A stretch of 64,000 nt of DNA from Spirochaetia bacterium (GCA_963662795.1 OY759746.1:1408001-1472000), one strand, 5' to 3'. Counted from the first letter of the stretch, positions 29,857 to 40,806 are shown. Notes: generated by a model not told the origin, from the letters alone. Program-made: numbers and translations.

Positions 29857-31458
29857 ATGAAAAAATTAGAAAAAATATATCTAGATAAAGAATTATTACG
29901 AATATGGCAGAAAATAGAATTTGGTGAAAATATAACCTTTTTGAGATACGCAGACGGCGAACGGGCCATAATGACTGGACAAGCTGTAAAAGCACAAGAA
30001 GGGGGATGGGCTTCTCCAGATTATATTGGGAAGCTAGGTAAAGACCTTCTTTCGTCATTGGAATTAGTTGATAATAAAGTATATTACGCAATTTCGTGTC
30101 CATGCTGTGATAATCCCGCATATTATTGGTACAGTACAAGAATAAAAAACAAAAATATTACTTTTGCAAATCTTTGGATAAATGCTAATTATCAAAAATT
30201 TATTAAAAAGTTTGAATTATTAAACAGAGAAGCTGTTATCGTTGCTAATTATAGATCATCGGGGATGAAAATTGGTAATTTAAAAATATTAAAGCATTAT
30301 AGTATTAGTGATGACTGTTTTCAATTTTGGGATGAAGATGGACCAAAATTAATTGAAAATATTAAGAATGATTTTGGTAACAAAAAAAATATTCTATATG
30401 TAATATCAGCAGGTCCAATGTCTGAACCGATAATTGCAGAATTATTTAAAAACAATCCAGATAATTGTTATATTGATTTTGGTTCAAGTATTGATAAATA
30501 TTATAGAGGAAAGATGACTAGACCGTATGAAAATAAAAAGTCTGTATACGGGAAAAGAAATTGTTGGATGTATAATCCATCCAAAATATCATTTGATGTA
30601 TCTGTTGTTTTAACATTATATAAAAGACCGGAAAAACTTCTTGAACAACTTGATTATATAGATCATCAAACCTTAAAACCAAAAGAAATATTACTTTTTC
30701 AAGATGCTACTGATCTTCCACAAATTACTTTAAGTAAAGAAATAACATCAAGAATAACTAATTATATAAAAGTTGATAAAAATGTAGGTGTTTGGGGACG
30801 TTTTGCAGTTGGTCTTTTAGCTACTTCAAAATATATATGTTTTTTTGACGATGATACTATTCCTGGAAATAGATGGCTTGAGAATTGTCATACTCAGATT
30901 TTAAAAAAGAGAGGTCTTTACGGAACTATTGGTATTGATTCTTGGAATTTTAGTGAATACCCATATTCAGGATACAGAAGATGGGGTTGGGATGGCCCAT
31001 GTCATTTTGCAAAAAAAGTAGATTTTGTCGGCCATTCTTGGTTTCTTGAAAAGGATTGGCTAGGTGTAATGTGGATTAATAATTCTAATATTTACAGTTT
31101 TAAATACGTAGGAGAAGACATGTTTCTTTCATACTCATTAAAAAAATGGTTAGGAATAAAAACCTATGTTCCTCCTCATCCCATTAGTAACACAGAATTA
31201 TACGGTTCTATTCCAGACAAAGCTCTTAAGTATGGGCAGGATAAAAATATAGCTATTGGTTATAATTCAACACAACTTGAAAATATGAATAAAGCAATAA
31301 AAATATTAATTTCCCGTGGTTTAAAGAATAGATTTTTTCGAAAATATAATTTAATAAATAAAGAATATCTTGAAAAATGCTATTATAATTTGAAAATATT
31401 AAGAAAAAAAATTACACGAAAATTAATAGAAAATATTATTAAAGAAAAGAATATATAA
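29857..31458 (+). CDS. Two-domain glycosyltransferase: GT-D/DUF1792-like N-terminus fused to GT2
   Basis: N-terminal FLRYADGE...IDFGS; C-terminal VSVVLTLYKRP, FFDDD, GEDM. Confidence 0.65.
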   Translation: MKKLEKIYLDKELLRIWQKIEFGENITFLRYADGERAIMTGQAVKAQEGGWASPDYIGKLGKDLLSSLELVDNKVYYAISCPCCDNPAYYWYSTRIKNKNITFANLWINANYQKFIKKFELLNREAVIVANYRSSGMKIGNLKILKHYSISDDCFQFWDEDGPKLIENIKNDFGNKKNILYVISAGPMSEPIIAELFKNNPDNCYIDFGSSIDKYYRGKMTRPYENKKSVYGKRNCWMYNPSKISFDVSVVLTLYKRPEKLLEQLDYIDHQTLKPKEILLFQDATDLPQITLSKEITSRITNYIKVDKNVGVWGRFAVGLLATSKYICFFDDDTIPGNRWLENCHTQILKKRGLYGTIGIDSWNFSEYPYSGYRRWGWDGPCHFAKKVDFVGHSWFLEKDWLGVMWINNSNIYSFKYVGEDMFLSYSLKKWLGIKTYVPPHPISNTELYGSIPDKALKYGQDKNIAIGYNSTQLENMNKAIKILISRGLKNRFFRKYNLINKEYLEKCYYNLKILRKKITRKLIENIIKEKNI

Positions 31459-31461
31459 AAA

Positions 31462-32610
31462 ATGAAAAAAATATTATTCATTTATGGAACAAGGCCTGAA
31501 GCAATAAAATTGGCACCTTTAATTATAGAATTTAAAAAGAATATAAAATTTGATGTAAAAGTGTGTGTAACCGCACAACACAGAGAAATGATGGATCAGG
31601 TAAATATTTTTTTCAATATCAAGCCGGATTATGATTTAGATATAATGAAATCTGGTCAGGATCTATTTGATATAACAGGTAAAATATTAAACGCAATTAA
31701 GAGTGTTATCATAGAAGTTAAACCCGATATAATTTTTGTTCAAGGTGATACAACCTCTGTGTTTACTGCTGCACTTGCCGGATTTTATAATAAAATAAAT
31801 ATTGCGCATATAGAAGCTGGCCTGAGAAGTGATAATATTTACTCCCCATTTCCTGAGGAAATTAATAGAAGACTTACTTCTGTTCTTGCTGATTTTCATT
31901 TTGCACCTACTCAAAAAGCGAAACAAAGTTTAATTAAAGAAAATATAATTAAAGATATTTATGTAGTTGGAAATACAGTTATTGATGCATTGTTAATGGC
32001 GTTAAGAATAATTAAAGAAAATGAAAAAGATATTTATGATAAAAAATTTTCGTTTTTAGATTTTACTAAAAAAATTATATTAGTAACTGGGCATAGACGA
32101 GAGAGTTTTGGAATACCTTTTGAAAACATGTGTAATGCAATAAAAGATATTGCTTTACTTAATCCAAATATACAAATAGTATATCCAGTTCATTTAAATC
32201 CTAATGTTCGTAAACCTGTTAATAAAATACTAGCTGGGCTTTTCAATGTCTTCCTAATTGAACCAATTGATTATTCATATTTTGTTTGGCTAATGGAAAA
32301 ATCATATTTAATATTGACTGATTCTGGTGGTATTCAAGAAGAAGCACCAACTCTTGGTAAACCAGTATTGGTAATGCGTGATGTAACAGAAAGAATGGAA
32401 GGTGTTGAAGCTGGAGTTGCAAAGTTAGTTGGATCAGACCGGAAAAAAATTGTAGATAATGTACAGTCATTAATAAGTGACTACGAATTATATTTAAAAA
32501 TGAGTAAATGTGATAATCCTTATGGTGATGGTACAGCCTCAATTCAAATTATTAAAATTATTGAGGACTTATTATTTAAAAATAATAAAGATAGAATGGA
32601 TGGAAAATGA
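31462..32610 (+). CDS. wecB: UDP-GlcNAc 2-epimerase (non-hydrolysing)
   Basis: GTRPEAIK, QGDT, HIEAGLRS, PFPEE, HRRESFG, DSGGIQEEAP, NPYGDG. Confidence 0.95.
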   Translation: MKKILFIYGTRPEAIKLAPLIIEFKKNIKFDVKVCVTAQHREMMDQVNIFFNIKPDYDLDIMKSGQDLFDITGKILNAIKSVIIEVKPDIIFVQGDTTSVFTAALAGFYNKINIAHIEAGLRSDNIYSPFPEEINRRLTSVLADFHFAPTQKAKQSLIKENIIKDIYVVGNTVIDALLMALRIIKENEKDIYDKKFSFLDFTKKIILVTGHRRESFGIPFENMCNAIKDIALLNPNIQIVYPVHLNPNVRKPVNKILAGLFNVFLIEPIDYSYFVWLMEKSYLILTDSGGIQEEAPTLGKPVLVMRDVTERMEGVEAGVAKLVGSDRKKIVDNVQSLISDYELYLKMSKCDNPYGDGTASIQIIKIIEDLLFKNNKDRMDGK

Positions 32611-33782
32611 AGATATTATTTATTGCAATGTCAGAAAGTATTCACACAGCACGTTGGATAAATCAGATAAAAAATAATGGGTGGAAGTTGTATTTATTCC
32701 CTTCACAAATAACAAATAATGTTAATAGCAAAATTGATCATGTTGAGATTTGTATTCCTGCTTTTTTAAAAGATAGAAAAACTTATTTATCTAGAATAGT
32801 TTTTAAAATATATAATGTTTTAAATCAAAAAATTAATCCTTATTATTATGAAAAACTTTTAGCTAAATATATTAAAAAAATTAAACCAGATATAATCCAT
32901 ACTCTTGAAACACAAGCTGCTGGATATTTGGTGTATTCAACAAAAGAAAAGTACTTTAAAAATAGCTTATTCCCTTCTTGGTGGCATACTAATTGGGGGA
33001 GTGATATTTATCTTTTTGGTAGATTAAAAAAACACAAAGATAAAATAAAAGAGGTAATAGGAACTTGTGATTATTATTCATGTGAATGTAATAGAGATTT
33101 ATTACTCGCAAAATCTTTCGGATTTAGCAAGATTGCTTTTCCTGTTTATCCAAACACCGGTGGGTTTGATATTGATAAACTTATTGAATGTAAAAAAGAT
33201 ATTCTAAAAACTTCTAAGAGAAAGATTATTATGCTTAAGGGATATCAGGGCTGGGCTGGTCGTGCCTTAGTTGGGATTAGGGCCTTGTCACTAATAAAAG
33301 ATTATTTAAGTGGATATGAGTTGTTTATTTTTTCATGCGGTGAAGATTCTGTAGAAATTGCCGCAGAATTATTTGAGTGTGAATCAAAAATTAAAGCAAG
33401 TATTATACCTCCCGGAACATCACACGAAGGAATGCTTAAGTTTCATGGAAAAGCACGTATTTCTATTGGATTAAGTATCAGTGATTCAATTAGCACAAGT
33501 GTACTTGAAGCAATGGCTATGGGGTCTTTTCCAATACAGTCCTGGACTTCTGCAGCAGATGAATGGATTAAAGATGGAGAAAGTGGAATATTGGTTCCCC
33601 CGGAAGATCCTGATCAGATTGCCAAGGCTATTATAATAGCACTATCTGATGATGATCTTGTAGACAAAGCCGCAGAAAAAAACTGGGAAACAGTAAGGAA
33701 AAGACTTGATTATAACGACTTAAAACAGAAAACCATTAATTCATATAATCAGATATTTTCAGATAGAAAAAACAAAAACTAA
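32607..33782 (+). CDS. GT4 glycosyltransferase
   Basis: SIHTARW, WGSDI, SVLEAMAMG, DGESGILVPP. Confidence 0.85.
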   Translation: MKILFIAMSESIHTARWINQIKNNGWKLYLFPSQITNNVNSKIDHVEICIPAFLKDRKTYLSRIVFKIYNVLNQKINPYYYEKLLAKYIKKIKPDIIHTLETQAAGYLVYSTKEKYFKNSLFPSWWHTNWGSDIYLFGRLKKHKDKIKEVIGTCDYYSCECNRDLLLAKSFGFSKIAFPVYPNTGGFDIDKLIECKKDILKTSKRKIIMLKGYQGWAGRALVGIRALSLIKDYLSGYELFIFSCGEDSVEIAAELFECESKIKASIIPPGTSHEGMLKFHGKARISIGLSISDSISTSVLEAMAMGSFPIQSWTSAADEWIKDGESGILVPPEDPDQIAKAIIIALSDDDLVDKAAEKNWETVRKRLDYNDLKQKTINSYNQIFSDRKNKN

Positions 33783-33800
33783 ATTTAATATGGATAAAAA

Positions 33801-34688
33801 ATGAAAATCCTTATTTTAGGTATTACTGGAATGCTTGGTCATACTCTTTTTTTTTATTTAAATAAAAAAAAAGAGTATGACATCTATGCTACAATACGAA
33901 ATAAAGAAGAGATAAATAGATTTTTCCCAACAAATTTACACAATAAAATAATATCCGATATCAATGTATTTAATATTGAAACAGTTAAAGATATTATTAA
34001 AAACAATAAACCTGATGTAGTTATCAATTGTATTGGAATTATTAAGCAATTAAAAGAAGCTAAAAATTCGAAAATATCGATAACTATAAATTCTCTTTTT
34101 CCTCATCAGCTTGCAGAGATATGTGAAGTCAATAATTGCAGATTAATCCATATAAGTACAGATTGTGTTTTCAGTGGTAAAAAAGGCAATTACAAGGAAA
34201 GTGATTATGCAGATGCTGATGATCTCTACGGCAGAACAAAATATCTGGGTGAAATTGATTATAATAACTCTGTGACACTCCGTACATCAATAATTGGACA
34301 TGAATTAAAGCATGATGTTTCACTGGTTGACTGGTTTTTAGCACAAAATGGTAACGTAAATGGTTATACTAAAGCTATATATACAGGATTACCTACAATA
34401 GAATTCGCTGAAATTATTGATAAATATGTAATAACAAATCCAGATTTAAAAGGTATATTTCATGTCTCATCAAATCCTATATCCAAATATGATTTACTGC
34501 AGCTGGTAAAAAAAATATATAAAAAAAACATAACGATTATTCCTTATAACGATTTCAAAATTGACCGCTCTCTTGATTCCTGTAAATTTAATTCTACGAC
34601 CGGTTATAAAACTCCGTCTTGGGAAGAGCTTGTTTTAAAAATGTATAACAACTATCTTGAGAATAGATCACTTTATAAAAAACTCTGA
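33801..34688 (+). CDS. RmlD-like UDP-4-keto-6-deoxy-HexNAc reductase (WbvR/QnlA-like)
   Basis: ILGITGMLG, INCIGIIKQ, HISTDCVFSG, YGRTK; directly upstream of the FnlA-like gene. Confidence 0.8.
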   Translation: MKILILGITGMLGHTLFFYLNKKKEYDIYATIRNKEEINRFFPTNLHNKIISDINVFNIETVKDIIKNNKPDVVINCIGIIKQLKEAKNSKISITINSLFPHQLAEICEVNNCRLIHISTDCVFSGKKGNYKESDYADADDLYGRTKYLGEIDYNNSVTLRTSIIGHELKHDVSLVDWFLAQNGNVNGYTKAIYTGLPTIEFAEIIDKYVITNPDLKGIFHVSSNPISKYDLLQLVKKIYKKNITIIPYNDFKIDRSLDSCKFNSTTGYKTPSWEELVLKMYNNYLENRSLYKKL

Positions 34689-34712
34689 TAAAATTATGAA
34701 GGTAAGATAAAA

Positions 34713-35738
34713 ATGTTTAAAGGGAAAACACTACTAATAACAGGGGGAACAGGTTCTTTTGGGAATGCTGTACTTAACAGATTTTTAAATACAGATATAA
34801 AAGAAATACGTATCTTCAGCCGGGATGAGAAAAAACAGGAAGATATGAGAATAAGATTAAATAATGAAAAACTTAAATTCTACATTGGTGATGTGAGGGA
34901 TTATAACAGTGTAAGTTTTGCTATGCCGGGTGTAGATTATATCTTTCACGCTGCTGCATTAAAACAGGTTCCGACCTGCGAATTTTTTCCTATGGAAGCT
35001 GTTCGTACCAACATTTTAGGGACTGAAAATGTTATAAATGCTGCAGTTGCAAATAGTGTAAAAAAAGTAATTGTATTAAGTACAGATAAGGCAGTATACC
35101 CGATAAATGCAATGGGTCTTACCAAAGCGCTGCTTGAAAAAGTAATGATCGCAAAATCACGAACTATTGCTTCTTCAGAAACAGTATTATGCGGAACAAG
35201 ATACGGTAATGTAATGGCCTCCCGCGGTTCTGTAATACCTCTTTTTATAAACCAGATATTTGAAAAAAAACCGTTAACAATAACAGATCCCAATATGACC
35301 CGCTACCTGATGTCCTTGAATGATGCGGTAGATCTTGTGTTATATGCTTTCAAACATGGAAAACAGGGCGATATGTTCGTGCAAAAATCACCTGCATCAA
35401 CCATAGGAGATCTTGCGAAAGCACTTATCCAGCTGTTTGATTCAGGTAGCCCGATAAATATAATCGGGACAAGACATGGCGAAAAACTTTATGAGACTTT
35501 AGTTACAAGGGAAGAAATGTCAAAAGCGCTTGATCTTGGTAATTACTATCGAATTCCGGCTGATAACAGGGACTTAAACTATAATAAATACTTTGTAGAA
35601 GGGGAAACAGAAGTTTCTGTTTGCAAAGACTATAATTCTGATAACACGCAGCGGCTTGATATAGACGGGGCAAAAAAACTTTTATTATCGCTTGATGAAG
35701 TTCAAATTGCAATAAAAGAGTTCAGGAATAATAAATGA
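34713..35738 (+). CDS. fnlA: UDP-GlcNAc 4,6-dehydratase/5-epimerase (FnlA/WbjB/CapE/WbvB)
   Basis: ITGGTGSFG, SRDEKKQ, HAAALKQVP, STDKAVYPINAMG, RYGNVMASRGSVIP, RHGEK. Confidence 0.92.
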   Translation: MFKGKTLLITGGTGSFGNAVLNRFLNTDIKEIRIFSRDEKKQEDMRIRLNNEKLKFYIGDVRDYNSVSFAMPGVDYIFHAAALKQVPTCEFFPMEAVRTNILGTENVINAAVANSVKKVIVLSTDKAVYPINAMGLTKALLEKVMIAKSRTIASSETVLCGTRYGNVMASRGSVIPLFINQIFEKKPLTITDPNMTRYLMSLNDAVDLVLYAFKHGKQGDMFVQKSPASTIGDLAKALIQLFDSGSPINIIGTRHGEKLYETLVTREEMSKALDLGNYYRIPADNRDLNYNKYFVEGETEVSVCKDYNSDNTQRLDIDGAKKLLLSLDEVQIAIKEFRNNK

Positions 35739-36859
35739 AAGTATTAACAGTTGTTGGAACGCGGCCTGAAATTATAAGGCTTTCCCTTATAATAAAAAAG
35801 CTTGATAATTTTACTGATCATATACTGGTTCACACTGGGCAGAATTATGATTATGAACTTAATAAGATATTTTTTGATGAACTTGACATAAGAAAACCTG
35901 ATTATTTTCTTGAAGCTGCCGGTGAGACACTTGCAAAGACTATTGGTGCGATAATTGTTAAAATTGATGAAGTACTTGATAAAGAAAAACCTGATGGATT
36001 CCTTGTCCTTGGAGATACAAACAGTGCCTTATCAGTAATTCCAGCAAAAAGAAGAAAGATTCCAATATTCCATATGGAAGCTGGAAACAGATGCTATGAT
36101 CAAAGGGTACCGGAAGAAACCAACAGAAAAATAGTGGATCACACATCAGATATCAATATGCCTTATAGCTCGATTGCTCGTGAATATCTGCTTGCTGAAG
36201 GTTTTCCTGCTGAACAGATAATAAAAACAGGAAGTCCGATGTATGAGGTTTTGGATTACTATAGTGACAAAATTAAAGAATCTGATGTTATTGATAGGCT
36301 TAACCTGGAAAAAGAAAAATATTTTGTTATAAGCTCTCATCGTGAAGAAAATGTTGATGACAAAATCCGCCTTGAAAAAATAGGTGATATACTGAATGCT
36401 ATCAGCGAAAAGTATGGATTTCCTGTTATTTTTTCTACTCATCCGAGAACAAGAAAAAGACTTGATTCATATGGAATAATTTTAAATGATTTAATTAAAA
36501 CCTTAAAACCGCTTGGTTTTATAGATTATGTAAAATTACAGCAAAATGCTTATTGCGTTGTATCAGACAGCGGTACAATAACCGAAGAATCATCAATTCT
36601 GAATTTTCCTGCAATAAATCTTCGGGATTCGCATGAAAGACCTGAAGGTATGGAAGAGGGGACGGTTATCATGACAGGTTTAAGTAAGGAACGGGTTTTG
36701 GAATCAATTCCCGCTGCTGTTTCACAGGCAAAAAGTGAAAAAAGAACACTTGAAATAGTCCGTGACTATTATGCACCAAATGTTTCAGAAAAAGTTTTAA
36801 GAATTATTTTAAGCTATACAGATTATATCAACAGAAGAGTCTGGTATAAAAATGTCTGA
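35735..36859 (+). CDS. UDP-6-deoxy-L-HexNAc 2-epimerase (FnlC/WbjD/WbvD-like)
   Basis: VGTRPEIIRLS, HTGQNYDYEL, HMEAGNRC.DQRVPEE, DSGTITEE, HERPEG. Confidence 0.9.
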   Translation: MKVLTVVGTRPEIIRLSLIIKKLDNFTDHILVHTGQNYDYELNKIFFDELDIRKPDYFLEAAGETLAKTIGAIIVKIDEVLDKEKPDGFLVLGDTNSALSVIPAKRRKIPIFHMEAGNRCYDQRVPEETNRKIVDHTSDINMPYSSIAREYLLAEGFPAEQIIKTGSPMYEVLDYYSDKIKESDVIDRLNLEKEKYFVISSHREENVDDKIRLEKIGDILNAISEKYGFPVIFSTHPRTRKRLDSYGIILNDLIKTLKPLGFIDYVKLQQNAYCVVSDSGTITEESSILNFPAINLRDSHERPEGMEEGTVIMTGLSKERVLESIPAAVSQAKSEKRTLEIVRDYYAPNVSEKVLRIILSYTDYINRRVWYKNV

Positions 36860-37871
36860 TAATTTTAATCCGCTGGTATCAATTGTTATCCCGGTTTATA
36901 ATGGTTCCAATTTTATGCGGGAGGCAATAGACAGCGCTCTTGCCCAGACATATAAAAACATTGAAGTACTAGTTATTAATGACGGATCAAATGATGAAGG
37001 AAAAACAAGGGAAATTGCTTTATCCTATGGTGATAAGATAAGATACTTTGAAAAAGAGAATGGTGGAGTTGCAACTGCGCTTAATTTTGGCATTAGGGAA
37101 ATGAAAGGAGATTATTTTTTATGGCTTAGTCATGATGATCTTATTGATAATAATCGTGTTGAAGAAGATATTAAAATGTTGCATGGATCAAATTATAAAA
37201 TAACATATTCAAAATTATTTATATTAAATGAAAAGAATAAAAATATTTATGAGGCTAAAAGATTATTAAATATAGTAACTTCACCATATGATACTATAGT
37301 AATGGCTGGTATTGGATTTTGTTCTATGACAATAAAAAAGGAGTGTTTTAAAAAAGTAGGATTTTTTAATGAAAACAACAAAACAATGCAGGATGTTGAA
37401 ATGGTTTTGCTTTTAGCAAAATATTTTATTTTTATACATAATAGCAAAACAAGCACCTATAATAGAAATCATTCTAATAGAGGAACTTATAAACAAAAAA
37501 ACCTACATAGCATTGAATCTCTTAAACTAGGTGATTTTGTAAAAAATACTTTTAGCATAAGTGAATTTTTTAATCTTGGAGAAATAAAGGATAAGAAAAA
37601 ATTAACATGGGCATATATGAAAATGGGAGGGATCTATAAATCTTTTAAATCATATAAAAATGCTAACGAGTGCTATAAAACTGCATATTGTATAAGTGGA
37701 AAAAAAATTAGTTTATCTTATATATATAGTATTGTTGGAGCTCAAAACCTAAATAATTTCCCGTTAAAATTAGGATATAGTATGTTTTTTATTATGAAAA
37801 AGAGTGTATTCCTTTGTCATAAATTATTATTATGGCCTAATAGGTTTATTAAAAAAGTAAAGAATGATTAG
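36852..37871 (+). CDS. GT2 glycosyltransferase
   Basis: VSIVIPVYNG, INDGSND, NGGVATALN, WLSHDD. Confidence 0.9.
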   Translation: MSDNFNPLVSIVIPVYNGSNFMREAIDSALAQTYKNIEVLVINDGSNDEGKTREIALSYGDKIRYFEKENGGVATALNFGIREMKGDYFLWLSHDDLIDNNRVEEDIKMLHGSNYKITYSKLFILNEKNKNIYEAKRLLNIVTSPYDTIVMAGIGFCSMTIKKECFKKVGFFNENNKTMQDVEMVLLLAKYFIFIHNSKTSTYNRNHSNRGTYKQKNLHSIESLKLGDFVKNTFSISEFFNLGEIKDKKKLTWAYMKMGGIYKSFKSYKNANECYKTAYCISGKKISLSYIYSIVGAQNLNNFPLKLGYSMFFIMKKSVFLCHKLLLWPNRFIKKVKND

Positions 37872-37907
37872 AATAAAATATTAATAGTAATTATTAGGAA
37901 GATAATA

Positions 37908-38663
37908 ATGATAATATTGATAAATGGTTATGGAGATCATTGCAATAGGCTATTTCAAGCTATTCATGTAGAAGCATATTGTTTAAAAAATAATATAAAA
38001 TATTATAATCCCAGTTTTAGAAATATGTCAAAATATTATGGAATAAATAGTTCTAGTTTTGATTCAATTTTTTGTTTTCTTATTAAAGGGCTAAATAAAT
38101 TAAAAATTATTAAAATTTATGATATTGTTGATAAAGAAAAAAAAATATTATTTCTTCAAGGATGGCTTTTAAAGAATTATATACTATCAAAGGAATATAA
38201 AAAGTTTTTTAGCGATAAATATTTGCTATTACCTGAGTATTATCAAGATAATGATCTTTATAAAACTTTGATGAAAATAAAACATACAAATATTGTTATT
38301 GGAATTCATATACGGCGTGGTGATTACAAAGATTGGGAAAATGGTAAATACTATTACAGCGATGAAATTTATCAAAATATTATGAATAACTTTTCTCTAG
38401 AATTAAAAAAAACGGAAAAAAAAGAAATACAATACATAATATTTTCAAATGATATTGTTACAATAAAAGAAAATGAAAAAATAATTATTTCATATAATGA
38501 ATGGTATATTGACCAATTTCTTATGAGTATGTGTGACTATTTAATAGGACCACCAAGTACTTTTACATTATGGGCAAGTTATATTGGCAATGTTAAATAT
38601 TTTCACATAAAAGATAAAACAAGCACTATATCTAAAAATGATTTTAAAATTTGTGAAGGATAG
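37908..38663 (+). CDS. GT11-like (fucosyltransferase-like) protein
   Basis: NRLFQ, GIHIRRGDY, CDYLIGPPSTFTLWASY. Confidence 0.8.
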   Translation: MIILINGYGDHCNRLFQAIHVEAYCLKNNIKYYNPSFRNMSKYYGINSSSFDSIFCFLIKGLNKLKIIKIYDIVDKEKKILFLQGWLLKNYILSKEYKKFFSDKYLLLPEYYQDNDLYKTLMKIKHTNIVIGIHIRRGDYKDWENGKYYYSDEIYQNIMNNFSLELKKTEKKEIQYIIFSNDIVTIKENEKIIISYNEWYIDQFLMSMCDYLIGPPSTFTLWASYIGNVKYFHIKDKTSTISKNDFKICEG

Positions 38664-38702
38664 AGAATCGTATTTATTTCTTTATTAAAGGGGAAAGCAA
38701 TT

Positions 38703-39617
38703 TTGTATAATAAGCCGGTTCTTTTTTTAATTTTTAATAGGAAAGAAGAAACTTTAAAAGTTTTTGAAGTTATTAAAAAAATTAAACCAAAAAAATTATA
38801 TATTGCTAGCGATGGTTATCGATTAGATAGATCTGATGAAAAGTATATTGTCGAAGAATTAAGAAAAATTATTTCTGATGGAATTAATTGGAATTGTAAA
38901 TTAAAAACCTTGTTTCGAGAAAAAAATCTCGGTTGTAGAACTGCTGTTGAGGATGCAATTAATTGGTTTTTTGATAATGAAGAATCAGGAATCATATTAG
39001 AAGATGATTGTTTGCCTTCTTTAAGTTTTTTTAGATTCTGCGATGAACTTTTGGATTATTATAAAGAAGATGAAAGGATAATGTGTATAAGTGGTGATAA
39101 TTTTCAAAGAGGTATTATGAGAGGTAAATATACTTATTACTATTCCCAGTTACCTCATATATGGGGGTGGGCAACTTGGAAAAGAGCCTGGAAATTAAAT
39201 AAAAAGACTATTGAAAATTATAATGAGTTATGTAGAGAAAAAGTATTTAATAATTTAAGTCTTAAAAAAAGTATTAATCAAATGTGGTTTAAGAATATAA
39301 ATGAAACATTTAAGGGAAATATAATCGCTTGGGATTACATTTGGACATTAACAAATTTTATAAATTCAGGGTTAACAATAATTCCAAATAAAAATTTAGT
39401 AAAAAATATTGGTTTCGGAAAAAATGCTACTCATACATTAAACAAGATTAATAAATTAATTGTTGAACAAGAAGAACTTATATTTCCGTTAACACATCCT
39501 ATATCTATTTTATCAGACAAAAATGCTGATGAATTCACATATTGGCATAATTTTGATGTTAAACCATTATTTTTTAAAATAATAAGTAAATTGCTTCGAT
39601 TGCTTGGAATGAAATAA
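38703..39617 (+). CDS. GT-A nucleotide-diphospho-sugar transferase (HlpA-like)
   Basis: PVLFLIFNR, LYIASDG, NLGC, ILEDDC, WGWATW, NLVKNIGFG; TTG start. Confidence 0.8.
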   Translation: MYNKPVLFLIFNRKEETLKVFEVIKKIKPKKLYIASDGYRLDRSDEKYIVEELRKIISDGINWNCKLKTLFREKNLGCRTAVEDAINWFFDNEESGIILEDDCLPSLSFFRFCDELLDYYKEDERIMCISGDNFQRGIMRGKYTYYYSQLPHIWGWATWKRAWKLNKKTIENYNELCREKVFNNLSLKKSINQMWFKNINETFKGNIIAWDYIWTLTNFINSGLTIIPNKNLVKNIGFGKNATHTLNKINKLIVEQEELIFPLTHPISILSDKNADEFTYWHNFDVKPLFFKIISKLLRLLGMK

Positions 39618-39897
39618 ATTATTATTGTCTAAAATTACTGTAATAATCTTATTTATATTTAGCTTTATACTAAGTTTAGTTGAAAAATGTCCAATTTATT
39701 TTTAAAATAATTAGTGAAATCATTTTAATCAACGAAAAATAATATTTACTGAAATACTAAAATTATAAGTAGTAAAAAACGAAACCAACTTTAAATATGT
39801 ATTTCTCCTTCTCACAGAAGATATTATTTAAATATTATAAAGACTGTTTTAGATAATAATGTAAAAATGAAATTATTAAAACCATAAAGGATTTAAT

Positions 39898-40806
39898 ATG
39901 AATAGATGTCCGTTGTGTAGCTCATCTGAAATTGAAAATATTGAAATTATCAGAAAGAAAGATCTGTTGAAATTATATAATAAAATGGTTAAAAAAGATT
40001 TCAGTCATTTAGTAAAAACAAATATAGATTACTGTAAATGCTTAAAATGCGATTTGTTATATTTTTATCCTTTGGTATCAGGTGATGAATGTTTTTATAA
40101 TGCTCTCCAGAAATTCCCATGGTATTATGTGGATGATAAATATGAATATACAATGGCAAAAGATTTTATTTCTGAAAATGACAAAGTACTGGAAATTGGA
40201 AGCGGGAAAGGAGCCTTTTCGAAGTATGTAAAATCTAAATTGTATACGGGCCTTGATTTTAGTAAAAATGCTAAAAAACTAGCAGAATTAAATGGAATAA
40301 ATATTGAAAATGCAACAATCGAAGAACATGCTGAAATGTATCCAAATCATTACGACGTTGTTTTGAGTTTTCAAGTTATGGAACATGTTTCAAATATAAG
40401 AGAATTTATTCAATCGCAGATTAAAGCCTTAAAAGAAAATGGAAAATTAATAGTTGCTGTACCAAGTGAAGATTCTTTTTTAAAATATGTTACTAACGGA
40501 ATATTAAATATGCCGCCGCATCATGTTTCAAGATGGAGTGATAAAACATTAAAGTATTTAGCTGAAGAATTTAATTTAGAACTTATATGTTTATCGCACG
40601 AAAAACTACAGAAGATACATTTAGATTATTTTTTAAATACGCTGATTGCAAATATTTTTAAAACAAGAAAATTAATAGATTTAAGCATTTATAACACAAT
40701 TATTTCAAAATTAGCAAAAATCTTAACAAGGATAATAAGAAAGAAAATTTTCGAGGAAATGTATCCTGTTGGTCATACTGTAATAGCCGTTTATAATAAA
40801 AGATGA
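39898..40806 (+). CDS. Class I SAM-dependent methyltransferase with Cys-rich N-terminus
   Basis: CPLC...C..C, VLEIGSGKG, FQVMEHV, PPHH. Confidence 0.85.
   Translation: MNRCPLCSSSEIENIEIIRKKDLLKLYNKMVKKDFSHLVKTNIDYCKCLKCDLLYFYPLVSGDECFYNALQKFPWYYVDDKYEYTMAKDFISENDKVLEIGSGKGAFSKYVKSKLYTGLDFSKNAKKLAELNGINIENATIEEHAEMYPNHYDVVLSFQVMEHVSNIREFIQSQIKALKENGKLIVAVPSEDSFLKYVTNGILNMPPHHVSRWSDKTLKYLAEEFNLELICLSHEKLQKIHLDYFLNTLIANIFKTRKLIDLSIYNTIISKLAKILTRIIRKKIFEEMYPVGHTVIAVYNKR

Noticed and set aside
33801-34688. rmlD (dTDP-rhamnose pathway)
   Set aside because: No rmlA/B/C in the window; context with FnlA- and FnlC-like genes favours a UDP-HexNAc reductase.
39618-39897. 280-bp AT-rich gap with a short ORF (LSKITVIILFIFSF...)
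   Set aside because: Only 26 codons with no RBS and no convincing similarity or structure; could hold an internal promoter but this is unsupported.
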